A stretch of 64,000 nucleotides of DNA. Source: Paecilomyces variotii. Its lineage: Eukaryota. The stretch is taken from assembly GCA_004022145.1 (NCBI GenBank), contig RCNU01000006.1; one strand, written 5' to 3'. Position 1 is the stretch's first letter. Every line of letters begins with the position of its first letter. Below the pieces are notes generated by a model that was not told the origin of the DNA, made no database searches, and saw only the letters and a program-made list of their open reading frames with translations. A program made the position numbers and the translations under genes. Positions 26,635 through 40,623 of the stretch are shown piece by piece.

Positions 26635-29600
26635 TCCCCGAAAGGAACTGATTTCGTATCTCGGACTTATCCGTTAGTTTAGTGCAAAGATTTTTGGAGA
26701 AGATATCATACGTAATAGTGCTCATAGGAGCAGGAAGTCAAGATTAGAATTAGCAGAGCTATAAGCCCTATAGCCGACTGAGTACTCGACTATGGTCGTT
26801 CAGACATGAGGATATGATACTCTGACAAAGCCGGACGAAACTTTTTACAGTGATATTGCTTTCTGCTGTGTCACAAGGAGAAGGAATGAAAGACAAAGCA
26901 CACTGAACAGACAAGTCAATATGGAATAACTAGCAGAAAAGAAGTTCTTGTTTGAAAGGCAGATAGGTTGGCTGTAAAGACAAATTCACCCGATGAGCGA
27001 GATGGCAGTTTTCTTATTGAGTTGGTTTCCTTGTCTGCTTGGTCTGTTAGATGTGGTGGAGCCTTTCTCGACTATATGGAATACCACTCTGTCCTTGGGG
27101 TCGAATTGGTGAACAAACCATCGAAGGAAATTCAAGCAATGAATTCTTGGAGCAGCAAATCGGAGGGTGGAGCCAGTATACTATGAATAAGTCATGATCT
27201 CCGGCATGGAGGCCTTCGACCACTCAGCCTATCCCCCTACGGCCAATCTGCAAGCCATCCCTGGATGGTGGGAGTGCAGCCCTTCAGGTGATAGCCTTTG
27301 TCTGTAAAGTAGCCGCATCTCCACGTACGCAGATATAGACCTTCTCTGCACGAGCAAGGAACACCCATATGCATACCTAGACATGGTCATACAGGCGCAG
27401 CAGGGTTCAGTATGACAACTGACGAAAGCAGAGAAGATTGATGGTAGCCGTTATGCTATGTAGAGTCTAACTCAGGAACGTGGTGGGGGCCAGATGGTGG
27501 CGGCGGTTGTGTTGAATGCTTCGCCCTCCAGGACGGCTGGAAGGCCTCGAGCATCAAGATAAGAAGCTGCGCGAGATTACGGCGGATCTGTCGGTTTTTG
27601 GAAAGAGAGCGTACCATTCATAGGGCTGGATATTTTTTTTTTAGCCTCGAACTTCAGGCTTCATGTTTCATCCAAGCCTTTCCCTCATTGTTGCTACTGG
27701 TTATTATTCTCGAAGCTGCAGGTTACGCGCCAGACGATCTCAGCTTGCCGCAAGCCCAACATAAGCCACCACACCCTCCACTATGGTCTGCATCCCAGGA
27801 AGGCCAGGCCAAACCCGGTGGATGCACGCTGAACTATTTTGAGATACGGTCCCGCTCTCATATCCCATGTCCACTGTTCAATAAAGCAGTATGCGCCAAA
27901 CCAACAAAAATCAGCGTCGCAGAGAATATCGAGGAGACCTTCCTCAACAGCCAGCAAACTATCATAAACATACGGACCAGTCCATCAGTCGCAAAGATAA
28001 CGACATGAATTGTACTGCAACTGCAGTTCACTGCCTTGCGCAATTCTCTCGAGCATCAGGCTTTCTCGGAGAAGCTGTATAAAGTGGGCTGGCATCAGGT
28101 GAATTCGCAGTTTCCTCATTGAACCGTTAAGTATGAGGTCTCTGGCGGTTATACGCTAAATAACGGGCTACATATCGGGACATGTCCCGCGACGTGATCA
28201 TGGTTTCCGGCGCTTAACGGGGTCTCTTGTGTGGAATACCCTGCACAGCCTGGCAAACATGGGAACTAGGCTGTCGATATGAAGGTGTCTGTTTTGCGTG
28301 GTTTGCGTGTCAGCCAATCCGGCTCCTATGTGGTCTTCAGGCGACCGCAGTAGACCCAGCCTTAGGCGTTCATGACAAAGAGGCTTTTCCTGATTGAATC
28401 GAAGACTGGTCCATCCACGAGCTCTCCTCTAAGCGCCTGTGGAGAAGCAGCATACAAGCGTTGGTAAACATGACCAATTGCGGATGGACAAGTCAGGACA
28501 TCGAACGCCTGGGTAATAATAATATATATGGCAGCTGACTCAATTGCCCCAGCAGCGGACATATAGACTCTGGTATCATTTCTACCGCCGCAACCATGGT
28601 TGTACCTGCATTGTATCCAATCATAATTACTTCTATTAAAAGCACACATACACCTCGCGCCGTCATGATATGCTTGATTCTAGCTAGCAATCCGGGACCA
28701 TTTAGAAAGTGTATATGAGATGACTATAGCGGTTCTATCCGGTTAGCCCATAATCTGAAGGATAAGAGAGAACAGGACCTTGCATTTCCAGTGATAGGAT
28801 CTTCTAAGCAGACTATTTCGGTATAGATCGTAAGTCCAGGTCTTTATTTGAGGGGCCGTTAACGGCTCGCGGGGGCGGTCTTAGCCCCCCTCCTCACAGG
28901 AAACACAGTAATGGTGAATCAATTGGCTTGCCAAGTGTGTAAATTAGAAGTCGAGACGAGTGGAAACGGGGATCCACAGTAATCAGTCAGACGGGTTCAG
29001 AAGTTGTCTTTCGCATTCGCAAAGCTTTCGGTATTATTATTAGGGCAGCAGGCGAGGATCCAGCGAGCTTCGGGTTTTTGGCATACCCGAGGCCAGAAAG
29101 CTGCATCGCTCCAGAATTCTTTCTCTTCTCCGCAGATAATATGATACTATAGCTGATGGGGTAGTATCAACTACGGGTTCTTCTAAACTCCATCTTGATA
29201 AACTACGGCGGTTTGTTGCTTGGGGTCAGTGGGCCCGGTAAGTAGCGGACTAAAAATATACTACGGTTAACTCATACATAAAGGTACCTAGTTAATTATC
29301 CTCAGTTTAAGGTCGGGCCATGAACGGCCCGACTGATGTTTATCTGACGACTTAGTATCTGAGTTACCAACCTTTCTATCCGTGAAACTTATCTCGAAAT
29401 TGTAGGATATTCCTGAATGAGTTATTCTGTAGCTTACGGATTGCAGTCACCGTAGGGGTGCGTACGGCTCTCTCAACAAAAGGATAGGTAACAATCAAGT
29501 TTTCATTGTTGATGAGCTCTAATGGAAATGACTTTTCATACTAAAAGAAAATCGCTGATTACTCTGAATTGGTTATATTAGCGTTCGCTGCTTTCCATTG

Positions 29601-29699
29601 GAATTTGCTCACACCGCACTCGTTCATTCCACCTCAGGGTCAACTAAGGCATATCACAGCTCCGGGAACCTCGAAAGACAGTCAAGATGTACAATCTCA

Positions 29700-30494
29700 G
29701 AATCGTCTTCGTTCACACCTATATCTAACATGATTACCTGAAAGATGTCGAGCCTATAGCGAACTATCATAAACTTGGCTATGGTGGCTGTTCACACATG
29801 GCTTGCAACAGACCAGGTCTCCGCCAAATACGTTGCTATGAAGATTCTCACTTCTCAATTCAGCGCAAGAAGAATGACATATAACGTCGAGTGGCTGAGT
29901 CAAAGGGCGATTGACCTTTCTGAAGCTGGTGTTATTCTCACCGATTTCGGAGAGTCCTTTATGCTATTAACTACAAAATGACAATCTTCGAATATTCCAC
30001 TACTCTCTGTTGCTCCCAAGGTGTGATTCTTACCTGAAGAACCGCTTTCCTCTGCTGCAGATACATGGGCATTTGATTGCGTTGGATGGGAAGTTTTGGG
30101 CCAGAGACATAGTTTTGAACCTTTCTTCACTTGCCTACACCTGTTCGTGTGACTGAGGAGCATGTTAAGGTCCTTGGTAAGTTACTACTGGGGGCGGGGG
30201 AGCGGTGCGGTAAGGAAAAGAAAACTCGACAGAGTGGTTTTGCGACGCGTACACCGCTCTAGCATAAACATCACGGGAAAGAAGCGATCATGGGACGGCC
30301 TCTCGGGGAACTCGATACAGGAACCTAGGCGGGGAAGATACATGGAACAGATGGAGGAGGAAGAGAAGATCGCTGTGTTCGAAATGCTGAAAGGTATGTT
30401 CAAGCCACAGGAAAGTACAACTTCGAGTCAGGTTCTCCGTCTTGAATGGACGAAGGAGTGGGCTATGCCAGAACTTGGAGAGAATCTAAGTTAA
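29700..30494 (+). pseudogene. Degraded SRPK-like (CMGC) protein kinase
   Basis: Frame-broken fragments KLGYGG, WLATD..YVAMKILT, ILTDFGESF, ADTWAF and EWTKEWAMPE; much of the kinase core is missing. Confidence 0.7.
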
Positions 30495-32318
30495 TCTGGG
30501 GAAGCTTAGGGGGCGTGGGAAATCCGACTAGATAAACCTAGATCTAGTTATCATTGTTACTTAGTTAGTCCTCACTAAGCTTTTCGGAAGTAGAATAATA
30601 CTGTTTTTAGTTCAAAAGCTTCACTAATTAGGTTACGGTATCCACAGCGCATTGATGCAAAACCAATACAAATGAAACCGTGCTCATAGCCGCGAAGTAC
30701 AAACGATAGCTATCTTATCAGTGTATTCACTGTCTATAGATATTCTATAGCATTCTCCGAGGGAAGTGACAAATGGCGGTGTTTACCGCGGTTATGTAGA
30801 TTTCTGACCTACACCTCCATACTGGAGGCATTAAATGTGCGCTATTTCCATAGGGATAGTGACCCGAGTAGCCTTTAGACTCCGGATGACATGAATTATC
30901 ATACGGATGAGAACTATTTCTTTACGTTGTCATCTACAGAATGCTCGCATATAGTAATGATGTTTTGTTAGAGCTTTTCTAGTTACATCCAGGATTGCCA
31001 TTCCATCCTACCTGAGCCCCGCAGCGAAGGATCAGTCGCGACCCATGGATGTCTTAGAATTAACTAGACAGCCAATGCGGGACCGCACAGGGAAGGGTCC
31101 CTTTTGCATTTGACCTTGAGTGAAAGAGCGTAGAGTGCTTTCTAGCAACCGGTCGACGATCAACCGCCAGCTACGTTTCCACCCTGCTGCAAGGCAGACA
31201 CCTGCTTTCGAAGCTCGAGGAAGAAGTCCTTTCCGTTGGCCATTGTGTTTGCTGTACTGTGTTAATCGTAGTATACCTCGTGTGTATGACGCGAATGTGG
31301 ACATACGCTTGGAACCCCAAGGACCACTGGCTCTGTTATTCACTTCTTTCCCCGTTGGCTTGTATGCAGTCGGCTTTGGCTCTGGTAACAGATCATGAAG
31401 GTTTAGCTTCTATCCGTTAACTGTCGTACAAAATTCCGCAAAACATACCTCCTGGACCTGCAGCAAGTTATAAGCTTGTTAGCAGATATGCATTATATAC
31501 TCTGTTGCACGCAAACCCGACATACCTCTCCTGAGAGCACCTTTTGACTCGGCCGCATTAAAGCCTCTGACCGGAATGTGTTGCTCCTGCGGAGGACCGC
31601 TAGGGACCTGCTGTGCTCCCCAGGCATTAGGCGAGTTGGCACCATGAGCACCGCGATGGCCCCCTTGTGGACCCGTTCGATCTCGTGGACCAGGAGTGGA
31701 ATGCCTCTGGTTTGGGCGGTTTGGGTCGTACGGTCGGCCTCCGCGCCATCTGAGAGGAAATGCGGGCGATTAGCTGACGGTGGCTTCGGGCAGGGCAACG
31801 GACAGGTGAAGGTATGGCGAACTCACCGGTCATCACCGGGACCACTCATCCTGGACCTCTGTTGCCCTGGACCGGATGAGCTGGTAGCTATAGCAGACGT
31901 GAAACGAAGCTCCGGTACAAGCTGCTCTAAGTAAACGGCGCCAGAGTTGGATCTCAGCCCTGGGAGGTCACCGGGGTCCCCGCCAATCCAAACGTGGTTA
32001 GCGCGGTCTCGAGCACGTCCATAGGCGGACCTCGCCTTCATCGCGTTGTGAACAGGTCCCCTTACGGATCATCGCCGTCGCAACGCTCTCTCTCTTTATT
32101 ATCCTTTCTTTCCCTCGTTTCCTGGTCAGTCAGTCGAGTCATGCGAACGGCGGTCATCTCTTGCTCGCTGCCGACTGCCTTCAGCCTGGCTGGGTCTGTC
32201 ACTGTTTGATTTCTCACCCCATCTCCCAGGCGGCCTTCGACGATACGTCTCGCGCAACGCCTTATCAGCGGCGAACAGAATAATAACAGCATCATCTACT
32301 TGTGTTTCATTTATAGCC

Positions 32319-35300
32319 ATGGCGCCGATGGCTGTTCCCAGACCTACTCCTCGCGCTTCGAGGCCGCGATCCAAGGCCCCGTTGAAGGGCGGCCGGCCGT
32401 CCGATCCAGACCGCAGCGAAGGACCTCCGCTTAAGAAACGAAAGTACATACCAGGTGGACCTGGAGGGGGAGGCAGATATGTCGAAATTGATGGCACTGA
32501 GACACAGGCAGGCCCAACCGCTACAGGAGGCCAGACCAAGTCCACTAGCCGAACACGTCCGCATACGCGAGATCATAAGAGCAACTCTGTCCAACCGCCG
32601 CCAACGACGCCCCCGTCAACACGTCCAAGACGAGAAAAGAACCAAAACCGCGCGAGATACAGTTCTGCTACGGCTGCAGCCCTCGCGCTGCAGCAGGATG
32701 ATGGATACAAGCCCCGAGAGGAGAGGGGTTGGGAAGAGTTCCACCCAGACCTTGACATTGAGGCGAAATTCGCCGTCTTCAGCTCAGACGAAGTCGATGG
32801 CTTGACTCGGTCCTCGAGTCTTCCACAAGATGAGTCGCACCGTGGTCCAGGTGGGAATGCTGAGGGAGAAGGTTCGGGTGATGCGGCCACGAATGGGAAT
32901 GAGGTGCCACCTCCACCTATCATCACACCCTTGAAACGTGGTCGAGGCCGTCCTCCTCGACGTCCTGATGCCATGCTCAGCGGTATAATCACTCCTAAAG
33001 AACCGAAGGTAGTGCCTCTTCCTGGCCCGAACCCCCGCGAGAGACTCACCTTACCTAAGCCGTCCTTTCATCTCCGAGATCCTTTCGTTCGTTATGAACA
33101 GAAGGGAATCGGCCAACAGAATTATGTCGACCGTACCATGGCCAGCGTCGGGTATCAGGAGAGCGACCTCTTTCTCCGTCACGATCGACGCCTAATTCGC
33201 ATGACAGAAGGTGCTCAAGAGGAAGACTTGGACATTAGCCAGCCTACAAATACAGAAGGAGACATAAACTCGGCAATCGGTGGCGCTGGTGTAGGCAAGG
33301 TTGAGTATGACATGGACGAGCAAGATGAAAAATGGCTAGAGGACTACAATGCGAAGCGGCGAGAGGACCAGCTGGAAGCCATTAAACCGGCAGTCTTTGA
33401 GATCACTTTGACCAAGATCGAAAAGGAATGGTACGCACTCGAAAAGCGCATCCCAAAGCCAAACCCCAAGCCTCCGCAGACACAGCGACCTCGTTCGAGC
33501 TCCGCAGCGGCTGTGAATGGGGAGACCGCCGGTCCAGGCGAAGAACAGGATAGCAAGTGTGCAATTTGCGACGACGGTGATTGTGAGAACTCCAATGCAA
33601 TCGTCTTCTGTGACGGGTGTGACCTTGCAGTCCATCAGGAATGCTATGGTGTGCCATACATCCCTGAAGGTCAGTGGCTTTGTCGAAAGTGCCAGCTTAT
33701 TGGTCGGGGTTCACCTAACTGCATCTTCTGCCCGAACACTGAAGGTGCTTTTAAACAGACGACAAGCTCAAAATGGTCGCATCTGCTGTGTGCAATTTGG
33801 ATTCCTGAGGTTTCTATAGGGAACATGTCTGTGATGGAACCAGTCACCGACGTGGAAAAGGTGCCGCGAAGCCGATGGAAACTCACTTGTTATATCTGTA
33901 AGCAGAAGATGGGTGCCTCGATCCAATGTAGCAACAAGAACTGTTTCGTTGCGTTTCACGTTACGTGTGCTCGGAGGGCACAGCTCTATCTGAAAATGAA
34001 GTCGGGCCACGGTAGTCCTGCGATCATGGACTCGAACCTGCTGAAAGCTTTTTGTGACAAGCATGTGCCGCCAGATTGGCGAAGGGAACATAATACTGAT
34101 GTTGCTACTGCTGAGGCAGTCGAATATTACAAAAACACCATGCACGGAAGACAGTGGGGTGATAGTCAGGCAGCTGCGTTGGCATTGGAACCATCTTATT
34201 CCCACGAGATGGATGCTTTTTGTGATGACGGTCACCACATGAACACACCGCGGCTGACCCTTACCGTGGGGGGCAATAAAAAGAAGCGGTTAGCAGCTCC
34301 CAAGACCGTCTGGAAGCTGCCGTCTGGAGCCCCTGTGATACCACAGGTCGTGCTCAACTCTGTTGTCGCATCTCTTCAGAGATTCTCTGTCCGCCAGAGA
34401 AAACAGTACGCTGAAGATGCGTGCAAATATTGGACACTTAAACGAGAAGCCAGACGAGGGGCAGCACTATTAAAGAGATTGCAACTCCAGCTTGAGACAT
34501 TCTCTTCTATGGAGATGACTAGAAGGAACTTCGCCGGTATGGGGCCTATAGGCGGCGTAAGGCTGCAGCGACGCATCGACTTCGCCGAGAGACTCTTTGT
34601 GGACCTTGACAAGATAAGGATATTGTGTGACGAGGTTAAGAAACGAGAGAGAGAAAAGTTGAAGGATGCAGAAATGCTTCGAAGTATCGTAGACACTGTT
34701 TACTTTCCCATACCTCCTATTCTCTGGCCAATATTCGAAAAGGCACAAGCGTAAGTCTCAGTTATCTCGCGAAGCTGACTTTATCCTGTTTGCTGACGGT
34801 CTGGCAGGCTTGACAACAAGGCCGCTTTCCGACCTGGGCTCCTTGCAGTGCGCTCAAAACTAGAAGAGCGCGCCTATACATCTGTCGCTGCGTTTTCTGC
34901 CGACCTGGCGAGTGTCTTCACGTCAGAGATCGGTGTCCAACCTGCTGGGGACACCGCCGAATTACAGATGCAGATCAGTGGGCGAGCCCCGGAACTCAGT
35001 CTGGAACAACGCGAAAAGCGAAAGCTGGCGAAGAGAATCATCAAGTCTATCCAGCCAGCACTAGAGGATGCGATCAAGAAGGAGAGCGAGTTGAATGGCC
35101 GGCCTTTCGAGAAAGAACTGAAGGATCTCGATTTGATTCTGGAGAGTAGTGTTCTTTCTCGGAGGGCGTCCGTGGCAGCTGGGGCTCCTGCTGAGCAGGA
35201 AGTTCCCGGAAAACCCATGGCCATTAATGGTGAAGTCGAGGATGTGCCCGAGTCTGAGGCAGCAGCCACCAAAGTCGAGCCCGATCTAGGCCGCGTGGAG

Positions 35301-35867
35301 GATGAGCCGCGGGATATAGCCATGCCTGATGCTGATGAGGTTACCAGCTCCGCTAAAGCCCAGGATACACAACCGGGAACCGAAACCGCAGAAGCGGAAG
35401 CTGTAGCGCCAGGCGAAAGTAACAATCCTCCATTAGAGGCGGTCGACTCTAATCATGCAGCCGTGAATGGTGTTATCAAGCACGACCATGAGAGCGTCGA
35501 GTCGCAGGCTCCCGGTGGATCTGGAGTTCCGCAGCGAGGGCCCTTGACACCGCCCTTGAGTTTCCAGGGAGATCAACAACTTCCTCTGGAGCAAGGTGGC
35601 ATCCAGTGGTACATGCAGCCTTTCGACCCCGTTGGAACCACCATCCATGAAGAACGCTGGACGGGGAGGGATGTCATGCGGGGAATGAGTGAAGAGCTGA
35701 GTGAACTTGACGAGGATGAGCTTAAGGACCTGGTCGACAGTGAACCGGAGCTCACGGAGGCCGCGCCTAATGGTACTGCCGAAGTGAAGGGCCAGCCTGC
35801 CGTTGCGACCGACGACACGGCTGTCAAGGTCCATCGGACAAGGAGACGATGGCGGGGATTCAAGTAA
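32319..35867 (+). CDS. NTO1: NuA3 HAT complex scaffold Nto1 / BRPF-like PHD-Zn knuckle-PHD protein, 2 exons
   Basis: EPL-like VEYDMDEQDEKWL, PHD CAICDDGDCENSNAIVFCDGCDLAVHQECYG..WLCRKC, second PHD (FHVTCARRA), CKYWTLKRE. Intron 34751-34807. Confidence 0.93.
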
Positions 35868-36664
35868 AGCCCGTCTGTTATCCCATTGTTACATGTATGT
35901 ATGATGTGTATTATTCATGACAGTCTGGAAGGCGTTATTCGGACGGACAGTTTTCAGTTTCAGGAGTTCTGGATGCAGGCCAGCGTTATTTGATGATACC
36001 TCTTGGTAGTTGACCAGCGTCCTTCTGAATGACTTCAAAAAATTGTATACTCTAGTGTATTCTTATATGTATGGGGCCAGCCGCGCAATAGTCGTGTACC
36101 TAGTATAGGCAGTTAACTATGCATCGAGTAAAGTAGTAAGTACATGATTGACGAAATCAAGTGGTCGTTTCTTCCAGGCAAGAAATATCCTCACAATTAT
36201 TATTGCATGGAGCCATCGAATTCATACTACAGTAATTATTTTAGCTAGATCGATTCATCCATTAATACATTAATATTATTAGTTAGAGGTTCCTGCAGTT
36301 GGGCTTCTTGGCGTGATCTCAGCCCATGTGAGGCTGGATCGATCTCGCTGGCTGCCCTGCGAACGTCAAACCCCAGCAGAGCCTGCAGCCTTGCCTTGTC
36401 TCACCCAACGCTGCCTTTTTTATTTTATTTTATTTTATTTCCTCCCTTTTCCTCTTCCCTCCTTTCAATCTAACCGTCAGTCTTTCTGGCCGTAAACACC
36501 CTCTGTCACCTGTTGGTTCCTGTCTTTGCGGCTGAGCTCCTCACCGAACAGGTCCCGTCCGCGTCTATTCCTCCCCGTAGCTGGATCGCGCTTTTTTTGT
36601 CCTGCTTCATCCCTTCTTGCCACCTTCCCATTTCCCTTCCCCCATCACCTTCACATCACTCAAC

Positions 36665-37785
36665 ATGGCTACCGCGGAATACGAGAACGAGAACGGTCGC
36701 TACGATGGTATGTGTTATCCTGTCGATTGGGTCGCTTCGACTTTTACTGCTGTTGGTGGCAGCTGACGCTGATGCCCATGTCTGCCAGACGAACCTCGTT
36801 TCGACCGCGACCGCAGTGCCTCTCCCCGTGAAGATTCGCGTGGAGAGCGTACTCGTAGCAGATCTCCCAACGGTCGTGCTTCTGACCGGTACGTGACGGT
36901 CCCTCGATGGTCCTTTTTGCCAACTTGTCGGCAGTTCACACTGACGTTATGTTTAGAGCTCCTCCCTCTGGCCCGCGCAAGGATGATGAAGACGAGGGTG
37001 CAGTGAACCCTGGCTCGAATCTCTTCGTCACCGGTATCAATCCGCGCCTGACTGAAGCGGATGTCTCGCGTCTCTTCGAGAAGTACGGCGATGTGGAGAA
37101 CTGCTCGATCATGGTTGACCCTCACACCAAGGAGTCCCGTGGCTTTGGCTTCGTCAAGATGGTCACTGCTGAACAGGCCGACGCTGCCAAGGAGGGACTC
37201 CAGGGCGAGGTCATTGAAGGTCGTACTCTGAGCATCGAGAAGGCGCGTCGTAGCCGCCCTCGTACTCCTACTCCAGGAAAATACTTTGGACCCCCTAAGC
37301 GTGGTGAGTAGATACCCGTTCGCGACAATGTCGACCAGGCACTGACGAAGCCAGAATTCCGTGGACCTCCCCGTCGAGGTGGTGACCGTTATGATGACCG
37401 ACGTGGTGGCGGCTACGGATATGGTCGTCGTGGTGACGATCGGTACAGCCGCTACGATTCCTACAGTGACCGTAGCCGGGACTATGACCGCGGTTACGGA
37501 CGACGCGACTACCGTGACTACCGTGATGACTATGGTGGCAGTGGCAGCTACCGCGGAATCGACCGCTACTCTGGCCGCGGTGAGGACCGTTACAGCCGGG
37601 ATGAGCGCCGTGGTGAAGACCGCCGTGGAGGAGATGACCGTCGCGGTGGTGGTGGTGGTTACTACGATCGCGATGCTAACCCTCCTAGCTATGATTCAGC
37701 TCCCGCGCGCGACTCTCGTGACGCCTACTCGAGCCGTTCCTACGACGGCGCTCGCAGCGGCGAAGACCGATACTCAGGTAGGTAG
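36665..37785 (+). CDS. Tra2/SR-like RNA-binding protein (single RRM, RS/RD/RG-rich flanks), 4 exons
   Basis: RNP2 NLFVTGI, RNP1 RGFGFV, RSRPRTPTPGKYFG. N-terminal RSASP/RSRSP exons and an R/D/G/Y-rich last exon starting at 37355 and ending in TAG 37783-37785. Confidence 0.9.
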
Positions 37786-39367
37786 GTGAAGTTCCGCGGA
37801 AGTCTGGTGCGGGACAGACAGAGCAGTCTGCTGGATGGCGGTTGTATGATCTCGCATGACGATTTATCCCCCAAGCCCCCTTCGCCTGGCCCCTTAATCG
37901 TGTTCCTTTCCTCTTTGTATTCCTCCCAGATGGCCCTTTTCTTTTCACGGTTCCCCGTGCTGGCTCGGAGCTTTTCCGTTACGGCAGCGCGCACGTCTCA
38001 TTTTCTTTTATTGCTTTCAAAAAATCGGCACTCGCGTCTATCTGTTTCTCGGCGATATCGAAAGGTCACCAGCCACGATCGACTCAAGTCAACTGTACAC
38101 AATCTGCTTCGTCACCTTTCGGTCGCTGGATGATGTTCTCTTTGTTACGCTCGGATTCCGGAATATTTGGCGGCGGAAAAGTACATCTTATTACGTTGTA
38201 ATCCTCGGTTGTCTCTCATGGTCAGCACTACTACGTTACAACTTCCGGACATGGTCATTATCGCTAGTCAGCTTTCTCGCCATATTGCGTCTTCTCACGT
38301 AACGACTCGATCGTCTTCGACGAGAGCAACCCAACAGCAGATGTGTTCCAATTGCCCGCAGGGGCCACAACGCCTCAGCTCCAGGGGGGATAATTTGGAG
38401 ATCGTCTGTCTGATCCGACCTAGTCGCCTTCGTCTTGTAGTCTCGCCACTGTCTTGCAGAGGTTGCCATGCCCATAGTACACCAAATGCAATGCAGACCC
38501 CTGTAACCCATGCATCGCATCCAATGCCAGCAACCTATTCGGATTCTATCTACCATCGTACTCCGACGGAGGCTTCGATCCATCACTGTACCTTTCCGGC
38601 TTGGCCGGGCTGGCAAGAGGTAAGGAACGATGAGAAGAGATGCTGATGTGAGATAGCGCAGTGAATTCCTTGCCACACTTCCCTTCATTCCAAGAGATAT
38701 CTTCCTGATTTGCTGTCGGGCCGGAGAGCTCTGCGCGGACGACTCTCAAGAGGCTTCATTGCTACTATCTTCTACGGGGTATTCTGGCATATGATCTTAG
38801 TCGCTGTAGATGTTCATCGCTCAGGCTAACTACTCAGGAACGTCCTCGGGAACATTGGGACTGGCTTGCGGTATCCTGACTTTCCGTGACTGCGTATATT
38901 TCAGTTTTCATAATGAAAGAAAATAGTGAAGGCTCTTTTTGTATTCGTTTCACTAGATTAGACTTAATCGTGTCTCTGATGCCTGGGTCAGGGATCCGGT
39001 AAGCGGACGGTACTCCCTCTTCACTAGTTGCTGTGGCATTCTAGCCAATGTCTGACGGCAAACACCGTTTCGAAATATCCTCGTACCCACTGCGCGGTAA
39101 ACGTCCAGTCGGCCTCTCCATCAGTGGTGGTGCTATGGAAATCCAACTGATCAATCACGAGCGCACGCGAGATGAGGTTGCTCAGGGGACTGTAGTCAAG
39201 AGTAACTTTCCTGGTCATACCCAGAATAAGAAGGAAGTTCCATAGTATCTGGCGCCCTGGCAAAAGCTGAAAACCATATCGACATTCATTGTGTGTCCCC
39301 CCTCCCCCAACAAAAGGTCATGAAGCGTAATTCGGGAGGTCTTCCCAAGTTCGGATTTAGGCCATAT

Positions 39368-40224
39368 TTATTCGGTGGATTTGTTACCCGCGGGGCCATT
39401 GCCTTCGACCTCTTTGCTTTTCTGGATGAGAAATTCGCCTAACACGCGAAGGGGGTCTGGCGGCCTATAATGTAGAAGTGTCAGTAACCAACCGTGATCG
39501 ATCAACAATGGAACCCAGGCGCAAGTATTGAGACAGTCGCTCGAGTCTTTCAATTGAGACCCCAAAGCGGGGGGCAGTAGTAGACGAGATGACATACTGA
39601 TCTCTCACAACGACTTTCATCCCTTCCAGAAGATAAGGCGCGATCTTCTCGTTCATGAACACACGAACAGGCGCTCCTCCAGCACGAACCTGGGGAGTGC
39701 CCGCATTTGCGGCAGTCGAGGAAGATGCCGCGGCGAGAGTATTGCCCCCAGCTCCGGCTCCAGCTCCAGCTCCTGGCACGGTAGCCTCGGCGGCGCTCTT
39801 GGTGTCCTGCACGGGGACTGCGCTGCCGTCCATCTTGTCTGAAGTATGGTTCGTGTTTGTCGTGGGGTTAGGTACGCTGAGTTGTGGTGTCTGGAGGAAT
39901 GGAGGTTGCGGAAGGGAGGAGGACGAGGAGGACGACTGAGTATGCGGTTGTGGTTGTGGTTGTGTTTGCGAAGGTCGCGACTTTCAACGAGATAGAGATT
40001 CTATGTCAGAATATGCGCGCGACTCAAAGGAAAAAGAAGAAGTTGGTTGTGTGAGAATGAGGGAAAAAGAAACCCGAGAAGACCGATTCTCAGGAACGGG
40101 GGAAAGTAGAAAGAAAAACAACACAACACGATCAATGAGCACAAAGAATAAAGAAATAAAGAAAAAAAAGAAAACAACGCTTTTTCTTTTAAATTTCGCA
40201 TACACTGAAGTTGCTCTGCTGCAT
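39368..40224 (-). CDS. SDC1: Dpy-30 motif protein (COMPASS subunit Sdc1-like), probably 3 exons
   Basis: GGAPVRVFMNEKIAPYLLEGMK..DQ|PPDPLRVLGEFL across intron 39597-39465. The start is either ATG 40224 (short exon MQQSNFS, intron to 39981, in frame) or ATG 39833. Confidence 0.85.
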
Positions 40225-40623
40225 CGGAGAGTTTGCGGCCACCGCAGGCGGAGCTTCTCGCGGAAGCTGGGGCTGGAGCTCTCCACTGCCGCCGGCGTGC
40301 GAGTGGAGATCAGCGGCGCTTAGCTGCTGGGCCGTGTGTCTTGGGGTATTATTATTGTCCGCCATTATTGATTGGGGAATTTTACTGAGAAAAGTGCATT
40401 AATATTTGATATGATGGCTGCTAATAATAATGAGGCGTTGTTGTTAGTTACTAGGACGATTTGACTTCTGCTTATCTGATTCCCTGAATTACTTACTAGG
40501 CAGGGGTCGAGAGTTTCCTGATTGGAATTCCCAGGGTCAGGTGCAAACAGTGCAAAATAAATCATCATTATTGCTGATTAATCTTTCAAGGCGAAAGAGA
40601 AAAAGACACAAGGTCAGGTGACT

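Noticed and set aside
27400-28700. Possible additional gene relics
   Set aside because: Short frames with no family I can identify; not supportable without a database search.
31000-32300. Cluster of short GC-rich ORFs upstream of NTO1
   Set aside because: Overlapping ORFs on both strands with no motifs or coherent exon chain; more likely promoter or 5'UTR.
37361-37789. 142-aa Val/Thr/Ala-rich ORF
   Set aside because: Alternative frame of the R/D/G-rich last exon of the RRM gene.
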